NCBI GenBank assembly: GCA_016748015.1
Contig: JAAOMT010000384.1
Span: 1-64,000, forward strand
Source: Geosiphon pyriformis uo1
Taxonomy: Eukaryota > Fungi > Glomeromycota
Reading direction: 5' to 3'
Length of the DNA stretch: 64,000 nucleotides
The first letter of the stretch is position 1, and every line of letters starts with the position of its first letter. The notes beneath the pieces are model-generated. The model did no database searches, was not told the origin of the DNA, and worked only from the letters and a program-made list of their open reading frames with translations. Made by a program: the position numbers and the translations under genes. Below, piece after piece: positions 22,101 through 34,974 of this stretch.

Positions 22101-25100
22101 TTCAAAAAATAGGCAATTATCTAAGTTTTTTAAGTTAAAATTGTTGATAACCAAAATTATAAAGAGTTTGAACTTGAATCAAGATTCAAAAATTGATTGC
22201 TTTATTAATACTTGGATTAACATTAACGAAAAAATTGCAAATTATGATTAATAATAGTATAAATTTGAAGAATATTCTATATTACTTATTAAAAATCAAA
22301 AAAAAATACTATAAATTCAAGTATTATAAATTTAAGATTGTCCAAAATAATTTCATTAAAAAATTATTAATAAGTATATAAAAAATTTTTGTTTTAATAA
22401 AAAGAAAATGATTAGGAGTATTTTGGATTGGCTATTTCGAAAAGTAGTACTTAACTATTTAATAGTTAATAATAAATTGATTTTAGAGTCACATAAAGTC
22501 AAGTTTATAATTGACACAATTATAAAAGAATGGATAAAAAAACATATAGTGCCTAATACTCTATTTAATAAATAGTTTAATTAATATGTTCTTTTGAATT
22601 ATGTCAATAATAATGTTTTCTTAAAAATTATAAGCAATATTAAATTTAATAAGTTTTTACAAGTTGTTAAAGATTTACCTAATAGAAAAGCCACTGGTCT
22701 TTTTAGTATCTCTAATAAATTCTGAAAGCATAATAATATGCAAGTTTTGAATGACTTATTAAATATTTTTAATATGTGCTTAGCATTAAGCATGGTTTTT
22801 ATATAGTAGAAAAAAGCATGAATTTCTATAATACCAAAATTATATAATTGAAAAAAGACTCTTACAAATACCAGACTAATAGCTCTGATTAAAACAGCCC
22901 AAAAAATTTTATTTAAGATTTTTTACATAGAATTTTTTTAACTTGTAGTAATTTTGATGTTTTATGTAGTAATAATTTCTCAGTTTTAAAAAACATATCT
23001 ATTCAAACTCCAATTTTTGCTGTTGGTTTTATTATTGAAAACATATTGAAAAAAAACAAGAAGCTGTGATTAGTTTTTTAAGATATGTATAAAGCATATA
23101 ATTTAGTCAGATAATATTATTTAAAAAACAATTTAGCTAAGATTAAAATATATTTTTATTTTATTAAATTTTTTGAGAGTATATACAATAATTAAATCAA
23201 CTGAGTAATAACAGATTTTGGGCTTATAAAAGAGTATACTGTTTATGATGAACTGGATTAATGTAAAATATTTTTATCTCTGCTGTAAAAAAATTTTTAT
23301 AATTTTTTGTTCTGTAAGATTAAAAAGCATAACAGTTTATATGGCTATAGGTTGAATTCAAAATTTTTTATGTAAATTAACAAACAAGATCTTAGAAATA
23401 GTATAATATTTTTTGGCAGCAAATAACACAATTTGAGTTGGAAATAGTATGACTACTATTCAGCATATTTTGAATATAACTAATAAATTTTTACAAATTA
23501 ATAACATTTTAATTAATATAGATAAGATGGTTGCCATATTTATTAATTGAAGAGTGAAAATTTCTTATTTAGTAAAAACTAGATCAAATATTTTAGTAGC
23601 TAAAAAAAGTAAATTACACAGATACTTGGACATTTTTTTGTTTACAGACAGTTTTTTCAAGCCAAGTCTTACTAAAGCTTACTTGAATGTTAAGTTTTTC
23701 ATAAATCTGGTTTTGAGAAAAGTCATATTTAACAAGCAGTTTTTGTACTTAGTGTTGACTGTGCTACAACCAATAGTTAATTACAGATTACAATTTAGTT
23801 ATGTTTTAGCAAACATATGTGAAAAGTAAATCAGATTGTTAAAAAAAAGGCTTAAATTCAAGACCAATTTACTTAAAATTTTTTTTAATAAAGCTATTGC
23901 TTATTTTGAGTTATATAATCTAAAATTATTTAAACAATTGCAAACTGAAAATTTTTTGGCAAATTTAGTAGTTTTTGCCAATTCAAAAAACATTTTCAGC
24001 AGATTGTTTAAACACAGAACTATAAATCTACAAATTATTAGTTGAATACCTTGACAATTTCTTTACTTTCTAATTATGTTGTCAATTAATCTTATAAATT
24101 GTTTTCTAACTGATGTAATCAACACTTTTGTATTGTGTGAATTATCTTTAAGCAATAATCTGCTTAATGTCTTCTGAGTTGGTAGTAGTATTGCTATTGT
24201 GAATGTTTTGGACTTGGAATAATATTTAAGTATAGTAAGTTTGCTAAAGAGATTTGGTCTTGTTTTTACAAACCAGTTTCTAAATTGTTATAATATGTGT
24301 TTTATGTAAAATATATTTTACAAATGGAAAAAAATGAATCCCAAAAAACTGGTTTCTAGTTGGTTCAGTTTACTGGTCAAGTTTATTAAGAATAGTAGTC
24401 TAAATAATGATAGTGCTCTGGCTTTTTATTTCACTTCTGTTTAAAGCTTAAATGTATTTGGTTTTGTTTATAAATGTTTTTCAAAAAGTGGATCTAATAG
24501 TATAGTTATTTATATAGATGGTTTAATTAAAAATTTGGGATTTGTAAGTGTTTACAATAGTGCTGCTGCTTATTTTTCAAATATTGACATAAATATAAAA
24601 GCTAGAGTAAACAGTTTGTTTTCTTTAACTCTGACAAAACTGCAAGTCATTGTTTTTGCTTTGAAATGTATTCTGATATTTAGCTTAATTGTATTATTTA
24701 TAAATAGTTAGACATCATTAAATATGAATGTTAAAATATTAATCCCAATTTTTGCAATAAATACTGAATAGAAAAGAACCATATTTATTATATTATTATG
24801 TTTAAAAATCTGTTAATTAAGTAAAACAAAGTCAAAAGTTATTCTGGAGTTGTTGATAATAAATGTGCTAATTTTTTTGCCAATGTTGCTATCATGTTTG
24901 ATTTTATATTGTCTATTAGAATGCTATGTTACTTTCTTGCTATTAAAGACAGATTTGTTTTTAAAAATGTTTGCTATTTCATTAGGCATCTTTTTAAAGC
25001 TATCAGTTTTGTTAATTGAAATTCCAAATATGTTAATAATATTGTAAACAAGTCTTTATGTAGCCTAATCAATATGCATAGAATCTTTAATATGTAGTAT

Positions 25101-25925
25101 TTTAATAGTTAAGTTTACTCGAATTTTACCAGTTTAGTCTCTGCAATGCTTTAGTCTTACTTTATAAAAATTCTATACTACCAATTACTTATAGCCAAAA
25201 AAAAGAAATTATATGATTTGAGTTATCTTAGTATGTTGTGTATTTAATATAAATTAGTTAAAGACTCTGATTATATGTTTTTTTGTGTTTATGATAACTG
25301 TATTAGGTTGGATTTGATTTTGAAAACTATTAAAATGTAGATTAGTTTGCTAAGTACTTATACTATTAATAGTATAATAATTTGGTCTCTATGTAAAACC
25401 AAATCTTCTAATTATTTATATATGTTACTGATCAAAAACTTTGTGATAAAAAAGTGGATAATGAGCACAGTATACTTATTGGGTAATAGATTTGATAATG
25501 TATTGTTAATTACTAATTTGGTTTAGAGTTTTGTTAAAAGTTACAGATCTACTATATAATTATTAACTGCCAAACTAAAAGTATATTATAAAAAACATAA
25601 TTTTCTGCTATGTAATAAATTTATGATTCCAACAGTATTTAGTTTGACATCTATATGGTCTCTTAAAATAATTCATGATTTTGGTTTTAAATTAGATGTT
25701 TATATTTGTTTTAATTTATATTCTTATTTATTCAGTATATATTTTGGTTTTTTGTAAGACTTTTTTGTTGTAAGTAGTTTAAATATATAGTATTGTTTTA
25801 ATTGTTCTAAGTAACTGGTCATATATAGAAAGAGCATAAATTATATTTAATATAAAATTTTATATGGTTTTATAATTTTAGATAGTAATTGGACTGCATT
25901 TGTAAAACAATTAATAAAAAAATAA
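19170..25925 (+). mobile_element. Full-length LINE L2, heavily decayed (ORF1 type 2)
   Basis: ORF1 fragments 19292, 19679 and 20894 homologous to 45861-44050; ORF2 remnants (DGNFNE, EN/RT/RNase H collinear with L1); decayed shared 3' terminus 25800-25915 and A-tail. Confidence 0.9.
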
Positions 25926-27310
25926 AAATAAAAATAATTAAAAAAACAATCAATTAAAAATATTAAAAATTAAAAAAATATAGAAAAAAATTAAATTTAA
26001 ACTTTAAAACCAATTTATTATTTTAAATTTATTATATAAATACTAAAAAATAATATTTTAATTACATTAATAAATTTATTATTAGTAATTTCAAAAATAT
26101 TAATTTATAAAGCTTGTTTTTTATTAATTATATTAATAATATATATATTAATCTTTAAATTAAAAAAAATTTTTAATAAAAAAGACAATACTTAAATATA
26201 ATTAAATAATATTAAAAAACCATTATTATTAATTATTAAATTATTATTAAAGCCATGTAAACAATTTTGTATTTTTTTTAAAATATAATAAATTTGTAAT
26301 ATTAAAGCTTAATCATAAAATTAGTTAATTTTAACATATTTAATATCATTTTTTTACAATTTAAATAGTATTATTAAATTACAAAACCAATTTAATATTA
26401 TTTAAACAACTTATTTAATATATTATATTATAAATTTTAAATTAATTTATTAAATTATAAAACAGTATTTTTTAATAAATATGTTTATTTTACTTTAATA
26501 ATTTTTAAAAAGTTATTATATTAACCAAAAATTTAAAATTAATCAATTATATTTAAACTATTAATCTAATAATAAATAAATTATTTTAATTTAAATATTA
26601 ATTGAAATAATTTGACAAATTTTATAAAAAAATATTTAACTAATAATTAAGTTATGTATTAATTATTATAATAAAAAAAACCAATTAAAATAATATATAT
26701 TTTTAAAATTAAATACATTAATAATCTTAATTTTAATAATATTTACAAAATTATTATATTTATAATTATTGTTAAAAGCAAAAACATATTAAATTAACTA
26801 TTAATTATAATTAATTAACCAAAAACAAAAAAATTAATTTAAAAACACCAACAATTAATATTAAATTTTAATTTATAAAATTAAAATTTTATAAAAATAA
26901 TATCAATAATAATTATATTATTTATTATTATTTTAATTATTAATATATATATTTTATTAATAATATTTATTTATATATTAAATATAATTATTTAAATTAT
27001 TATAATTACAACAATTTTTGGTTTAATAAAAAAATAGAAATTTAAAACTAAAAAACATTAATTATAAAGTAAAATAGAAAAAAAAATAGTAAATAAAAAA
27101 TATTATAATTAGTTAATAATATAACATAAATTATCAGAACATATAATATTAAAATTTTTAAAAATACTAATAAGAATTTCAGAAATTCTAAAAATATTAA
27201 AAATATCAAAAAAATTAACAAAAATATTAGAGATTTTAAAAATGTTAAAAATTTAAAAATTATAGAAATCATTAAAAATTATAAAAATCATATATTATAA
27301 AAATTTATTG

Positions 27311-28436
27311 ATTAGGGATAAGGATCTTACTGTGAATTGAATTAAGATTAAGGGTTATTCTGAAATTTGTGATAATATTAAGACTAATATTGCAACAGGT
27401 GAGGCTGCTCGCACTTTTTTCTCTTTGTTAGTGAGAGTGCAGAAATGTTTTTTGGTGGCTAAGAACACTTTTGTATCTGATAATGTTCACTATTTTGTTA
27501 GGAATTTATTTCAGTCTGTTTGTTGTGTTTGCTGAAAATCTGAGTCTGGTCATAACATGATTCCAGATACATTAATTATGAATATAGATTGGAATGCTAC
27601 TGCAAAAGTTTGGCATCTTGACTTGTATATATTTATTGGTTTTATTAATTGAAAGTCTTCCAATATTTGTATGTATGTAATGAAAGCTATATACAAACAG
27701 TTATCAATAGTAGTTAGGAAAAGATTATACAATAAAAGATATTCTAATGTGCTGTGTTTGTTGTGTGATAAGGTAGAGTTGTCAAATTACTTCTTCACTT
27801 GTGTTCAGGATTCTAGTGTTCAGAAAAAGATTTTAACTGTGGCTTCTGTATGATAGACCACTTTGGTAGGTGCTTATAGTACTTCTTTTTTTTTTGCTGT
27901 TTTGAGAACACTTTCTAGTTGTTCTTTAAATGTTGACATATATATAGCTGTATATAAAGAGATTGTGCTAAAAAACTAGTATATAGAAGCTTTTAGAATT
28001 TTTAATAAGAAGAAGAAAGCTGTTTTTGCTGTTGTTGATTTTGTAAGAGCTTTAGTAAAATTATATTGTTTTATGGTCTGGCTAATAAAATTTAAATATA
28101 AGATTAAGATAGAAAAAGCTGGTTTAATTAGAGATGACAGTCTAATATTAAACTTATTATATTTGGTATTCAGACTGTTTGATAGTATAATTAGAATGCT
28201 TGGTGTTATCAAGGCTTTTACTGTTAGTTTCAGTTATTGCAAACCATGTCTCTTTTTTTTTGGATTAAATTATAATGTATATGTTAATATAGGTGTATAG
28301 TGTTGTTTTGTCTGACTTAAGTAACTAGCCACATATAGTAAGTATATGAATTGTGTTTAGTTTAAGCCACTTAGTTTGATTCTTTGTACTAGATAGCAAT
28401 TGGACTTTACTTAATAAATGCATTAATAAAAAAAAA
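27311..28436 (+). mobile_element. LINE L3, 3' fragment (end of RNase H, CCHC, 3' terminus), L1-like subfamily
   Basis: IRDKDLTVN*IKIKGYS...CLLCDKVELSNYFFTC...VNIGV*; 3' terminus 28311-28425; poly(A). Confidence 0.9.
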
Positions 28437-28619
28437 TTATATATTTATAATAATAACTGTAAAAAAAAGTTAAATAAAAATTTATTAAAGTAATTTTAAT
28501 AATTAAAAATCTAATATTTAAAATAAATATCTATTTAATAAATTATTGTTTTTAAAATATTTAATATTTAAACTTTTATAAATTTATATTTGTCTTATTA
28601 AATACTACTTATTTGTAAA

Positions 28620-29925
28620 TTATTGTTAATAATATTAATATTATTATATTAACAACTTTAAAATAATAACTTTTAATTACAGTTATTAACAAAATATTAA
28701 TTTATATTTTTTATTATTTTTTTTTGGTTTTGTTTCTTGTTTACTAATTAATTAAAAAAATATTGAAATTATAACATTAAAAATTATTTAATAAAAAACA
28801 TAAAAATAAATATAAAGTTAATTAAAAAAATTTTAAACCAATTAAATATTATTGTTAATTTATTTAAAACTTTTTAATTATTATATAGTTATTTTATTAA
28901 CTATAAACAAAAAATTTTAATTATAAATAGATAAATATACAACAAAGTTTTTAAAAAATTAAGACAAAAACTAATTAAAATTTTAGTCTTAATTTATTTA
29001 AATTATAATAAATTATTTATAATTGTAACTAATATATTTAAAACAATATTAAAAACAGTATTATGACAATAAAAATCTAATAGATAAGAATATTTAATAA
29101 TATATATTAACAAAGTTAAAGTTTAATAAAATAAAACTATAAAACTTCAATATTAAAATATTTAGAAAGTTATAAAATAAAAAATATATCTTAATAAGTT
29201 ATTTAATATTATTACCAAAAAAATTAATTAATAAAAAATAAACTAAATAAAAAACAATATTATCACAGTTTAAATACAAAATACACTATATAAAAAAATT
29301 AAAAATACTAATAGTTTATTATAAATAAAACAAATATAAAACCATTAATCTAATTATTATTAATATAATTAAATTAAAAGAATATTTAACAAATTATTAA
29401 TACAACAAATAAAGCATTTTATTAAAAAAAATAACTTAATAACTTATATATTGACTATATATAATATTCTATAAATATAATAAAATATTACTATATCTAA
29501 TTATAAAAATATTAACAACAAATTAATTAAAAAAAATAACTAAATTGCAGTTTAAAAAACTAAGAACAGAAATTTTTAATATTATAATAAAAAAATACTT
29601 GAATATATTCCAAAAATTTTTAGAAAATTTTATTAGAACTTAATATTAAAAAAAAATATTATTACTTATAAAATAAAACAAAAAATAAATAAAAAATATT
29701 ATAGTTAATTAATAATATATCATAAATTATTAATATTATTATATTAATAACTTTAAAATAATAATTTTTAATTATAACTATTAATAAAATACTAATTTAT
29801 ATTTTTTGGTTTTGTTTTTTGTTTATTAATTAATTAAAAAAACATTAAAATTATAATATTAAAAATTGTTTAATAAAAAATATAAAAATAAATATAAAAA
29901 TAAATATAAAATTAATTAAAAAAAT
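28620..29925. repeat. Pair of ~200-bp AT-rich direct repeats (28620-28830 and 29725-29925), decayed element relics
   Basis: Collinear blocks, e.g. TTTTGGTTTTGTTTCTTGTTTACTAATTAATTAAAAAAA vs TTTTGGTTTTGTTTTTTGTTTATTAATTAATTAAAAAAA. Confidence 0.75.
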
Positions 29926-32169
29926 TACTTATTAAAAAAATAAAACTCACTAAAATAAACTGATTATTATGTTAAAAAAATTAAATACCAAGTGTTGTTT
30001 ATTATTATTATTAAATTTTTGTTTATTATATAAAAAATTCTATTATTATTTTTTTAAAAAATCCAAAAATTTCAGATTTAATTAAAACTAAAATCACTAA
30101 TTTACAAATTAATACTTAAATTAATTATCTAAAATATTAATTTTTAATAAAATTAAAAATTAAAAATTATTATTTATTAATTTATTTTTACTATTATTAA
30201 TAATTAATAAAAAAATAATGTTAATATTTTAAAAAACTTTTAATTTTAATATTTAATCTAAGAAAGTTATTTAAGTTTTAATAAGACTTTAAATACAGAA
30301 ATTAATATTATATTTAAAAACCAAATAATATTAATTAATTAACAATGTTGTTTTATTTATTACTATTATGAAAAACAAAATATTAGTTATAATATTTTTT
30401 GATTTAAATAAGAATAAATTAAGTAAATTATCATTTAATAAAACTGTTTTAAATTTAAAAAAACTTATTATAATTATATATATTAATACAAAAATTAATA
30501 GTTAGTTTATTAAACTTATTTTTAATAATAATTTAAGAAAAAATATTATTATTAAACAGTATATAAACCAAATTATTAAGTTAACTACATATATTATTAT
30601 TGTTAATAAAGTTATAAAATATTTATAAACAAAATTAACAATTTTTTATAAAATTATTACATTTATTAAAATTTTTATTATAGAAATTATATGGTATTAA
30701 GTATTATTAATAATAATTAACTATTTAAAACTAATATTATATTAGATTAAAATATTTAAAAATTATAAATATATTATAATAGATAATATATACAAATATT
30801 AATAATTTATAATTATTTTTAAATTATAATTACTTAAAATTAACTATTTATTAAATTTAAAAAACCAAAAAAAACAACCAATTATTTTTTAATACATAAT
30901 TTTAATTTATAATTAAATACAACAAAAAACACTATTTAATATTATTTATAATTATATTTTAATTAAATTAAATAAATATTTACATAATAAAAAAAATTTG
31001 AAAAATAATAAAAATACAAATTAATAATATTAATTTAACTAAAATTTTGATTATTAAACAAGTATATTAATAAACAAATATCATTTAATTTTTAAAAATT
31101 CAAAGATTATTTTTAAGTATTTGCTTTAATTAAAAAAAGCAAAAACAATAACTAACTAACTTAAATATTAAATTTTGTAATCACTATTTTATGTTATTTT
31201 AAATATTATAATAATTGTAATTTTGTTTATAATTTATTATTATGCATTATTTATTCAATTTTTAAGCTTAAAAAACTAATTAATAAAATGAAAATAAAAT
31301 TGAAATTGAAAAACAATTCTAATTTAAACATTATTCTTAAGTTTAATATGAATTTAAACATTATTTTAAATATTAAATACTATATTGTACTTTTGAATTT
31401 ATTTAAAAAATTAAAAATTTAATAATAAAAAAAGTATTAAACCAAAAAAACACATAAAATAAATACAAGATTTGATTTAAGATATTTTTGTTAATTTTAA
31501 AATCTTATATTTTGACAAAAATAAATTTAAAAATAGCTTTAAAAATTTTTATTATCATAATAGTGCAAATTGCATTCAAATTTAATTTAATAAAAAAAAT
31601 TCAGTATAAAAAAAAAATAATTAATGCTAAATATGTAAAAATACTATTATTATGTTATAAAATAATTTAAAAAAGATTTATAAAATAAAAGCAAAAAGAT
31701 AACATAAGTTATATTCTTATTTTTAATAAAAATAACACAGTTAGTTTCAATAAATACAAAAAAAAATTAAAAATTACTGCAAAAGAAATACAAAAATTCA
31801 GATCTACTAGTAGAATTAACATATTAGTAAATTTAATATATGAGTAATATTATTAATAAAAAATAATTATAAACCCAATTTTTTAAAGTAATAAGACAAA
31901 GTTTCTTTAATTTGATTTTTTATTTCTTGTGTAATTAAAGTCTTTTTTTGATGTTTAGAAGATAAAAAATTTAAATATTTCTTTAAAATATTATTAAATC
32001 TTTCAAGAGCAATAAAATTGAATTCATTTTTAAAATAAACACATAATATGTATGATTTTTAACCAATCAAATTAATATTATATTACCCAAGATATTGCTA
32101 GTTGAGATAAAATCAAAGTTTTTATTACCAAATTAAATTTTCATTTGACAATTAATAGTGATCTTAACT

Positions 32170-33261
32170 ATGAAGTTGTACAAAAATCCCCCAGAAATTA
32201 AGAAGTTCCTTTATCTTAACTTCGAAACCAAATTAAAAACTACTATGGAGTCCAACAAAACACCAATTCCACGGTTTCTTTCCGATTTACAAGTATCAGA
32301 CCCGAAAGCCCTTATCTTCAAATTTCGCAACTTGACCAATGAAGAATTAGAACGACGTAAAAGTCAGAATGATTCTCAAGATAAGTTCAGTGTATCTGTG
32401 GCAGCAAGTAGAAGTGCAGACGATTTTAATAGATACTGTGACATTCTCCCTTTTAATTACAATCGTGTAAAACTCTGCGCTAAACGTTCACATAAAAATG
32501 ACTATATAAATGCAAGCTATATCGAGGCTCCAGGAAAGGTGCGGAAATACATTGCTACCCAAGGTCCACTGGATGAAACCATAGATGATTTCTGGTTGAT
32601 GATATGGGAGCAAAATACGGCAGTGGTTGTGATGCTAACCAAAGAAGAGGAGAAAGGTGCAAAAAAATGCTCCAAATATTGGCCTTTGAATAAAGATTTG
32701 CCTATAGAATATCCCGAGACAGGAATAAAGGTCACTTTGGAATCAGAAGAATTAGATTCAAACACTGTTTGTATCATTCGCACTATCAGACTGACAAAAA
32801 CTTCTCCGGTAACTACCACTTTTATACGTGATCCAACTATGAATATCGATAATCAAAATTCCCAAGCGCCTTCTTCCCCAGAAAACCGAACTATTAAACA
32901 ACTTCAATTTATTGGATGGCCTGATCATGGTGTACCCGATTCTCCAGATATGATATTGCAATTAATTCGAAAGACAAATGAGCTACAACAACTGTCCATA
33001 AATCGAGATGATCTAGGGAACGGGAACGAGATCGGTCCGGTAGTTGTCCATTGCAGCGCTGGATGTGGGCGCACTGGTGCCTTCTGCACAGTGGATTCTG
33101 CTTTAGCCTTATTACCTAATATTCAGGATGATTCTAATGACTTGATCTATCATTTGGTCAGGCATTTTAGAGAGCAAAGGACCACCATGGTACAGACGCT
33201 TGGTCAATTCCAGTATTGTTACTTGGCAGTTCTACATAAACTTGTAACTGAGGAAAATTAA
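32170..33261 (+). CDS. Classical non-receptor protein tyrosine phosphatase (PTP1-like), intronless; start at ATG 32170 or 32245
   Basis: Full PTP motif set: FNRY, DYINAS, YIATQGP, DFWLMIWEQ, KCSKYWP, WPDHGVP, VHCSAGCGRTG, QTLGQF; open frame with CpG retained. Confidence 0.96.
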   Translation: MKLYKNPPEIKKFLYLNFETKLKTTMESNKTPIPRFLSDLQVSDPKALIFKFRNLTNEELERRKSQNDSQDKFSVSVAASRSADDFNRYCDILPFNYNRVKLCAKRSHKNDYINASYIEAPGKVRKYIATQGPLDETIDDFWLMIWEQNTAVVVMLTKEEEKGAKKCSKYWPLNKDLPIEYPETGIKVTLESEELDSNTVCIIRTIRLTKTSPVTTTFIRDPTMNIDNQNSQAPSSPENRTIKQLQFIGWPDHGVPDSPDMILQLIRKTNELQQLSINRDDLGNGNEIGPVVVHCSAGCGRTGAFCTVDSALALLPNIQDDSNDLIYHLVRHFREQRTTMVQTLGQFQYCYLAVLHKLVTEEN

Positions 33262-34439
33262 AACAATAAGTTTCTATATTACTGGAATAAGGTTCTTGCT
33301 TGATCATTTAACATTTCAGATGATTACATTTAATTTCAACCACAAGAGAAATATGAAAGTATTCGGGTTTTAAGCCTAAGGGTATATTCTAGCTTTTTAA
33401 AATTCGGGAGTTAATTGGAATTACGAATTACGTTCTTGAACAAAATACAGAATATTTAACATTAATTAAAAATGAGTGATATAGTTGATTTAATCTCACA
33501 CCAAAAACCTGTTTTTTATTATAAAGTGAACGATATATAATTTGTTTATTATTACTAAAAACAATATTATTGAACAAAAAATAATAAATTGATAAATACA
33601 TGAAATAATGTTTATTAAATGCCTTATATACTGTATAAACATAGTACATATAAACATAAATTATGCATTTTTTATGTGTAACTAGTCATTAAGATTAAAT
33701 TAAAGCACCAGTATTTATAATTATATTATTAACTTATTCTTTAGCTTTACAAAAAAAAATTTCTTGAACAAAAAAACAACTTTTTTTCAAAACTATTATT
33801 ACCAATTCTTTAAAAATACTTAAAAAAAATGTTTCTTTTAATATTTTTTAAATATTACTTTTAAATTAAAGTTTGTCTTTTTTTATATAAAAAATAAAAA
33901 ATTGGGTTTTTTTAGTTTTTTGGTATTTATATTAATCTTAATACAACTGTATTAATTATGGTATTCAATTTAAATCTGGTTGTAAACAATAATCTTTTTA
34001 TATAAATAATAATAGTAAAAACATATTTATTAAAGCTAATTTTAATTAATTTATAATTAAGTTGCTTAATATATCAATTATTATCAATTTTAAAAACAAA
34101 ACAGATTATATTTTTACATATAATTTTATTTAATTAACTTATTAAATTACTTAAAAATTAAAATTAAATAAATAAATAAAAACTAAAATTTTTTTTTTGT
34201 TTTTTGAAAATATTATTAATTTTAATAATACTTAAAAAACAATATAAGTTGTTAAAATTTTAAGTAAATAGTATTTATTTTGGTGCTTAATAAACTTTAA
34301 AAATTAAATTAGTTTATATTAAATTTGTTTTTTAGTTTTTATATGGTTTTATTAATTTAAAATTAATTATAAAAAACAATATTAAGCTTTTTTATATAAA
34401 TTTGTATAATAAATTTTTTTAAATACTATTGCTTAAGTT

Positions 34440-34970
34440 ATTTTTTATTATTATTTATAAATACAGTTTAATTATTACTTATTATAATACAATACAATTA
34501 TTAAAAATTTTTAAAATAAACATAATTTATGTTTATTTTATACATAGCTAGTTATTTAAGTTAATTAAAACAATATTATACAGTTATACAATTAAAATTA
34601 TTATAAAATTTACAAACTTTTTTAAAAAACAATTACAAATTAACAGTAAAACCAAAATTAATATAATATTTTTTAGCAAAATTTTTACTATAAGTTAAAT
34701 TATTAAAGTTAACTATAAAAAATTATTTATATTAATTCTAACTAATTTATTATTAATAATAAAATCTTTTTTTATAAATAATTTTAAGCTTAAAATTTGA
34801 TAACTAAATATTAATTTGTATATAACAAAATTTTAAATTAAAATTTATTACATATAAATTAATTTTAATAATATTACTAAAAACTAAAAAAAACTAAAAA
34901 AATTAATTCTTAAATATAAAACTTTTAATTAAAATTATATAAATATAATTTATATATATAATATTATATA
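34440..34970 (-). mobile_element. Extremely decayed LINE 3' end relic
   Basis: T-tract at 34440 followed by the reverse complement of the shared 3' terminus (…TACATAGCTAGTTATTTAAG…AAAACAATATTATACA). Confidence 0.55.
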
Positions 34971-34974
34971 TATT

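Noticed and set aside
25930-27040. A further ORF1-only copy on the minus strand
   Set aside because: Only weak resemblance to the H3 tail in near-pure AT sequence; cannot be supported by eye
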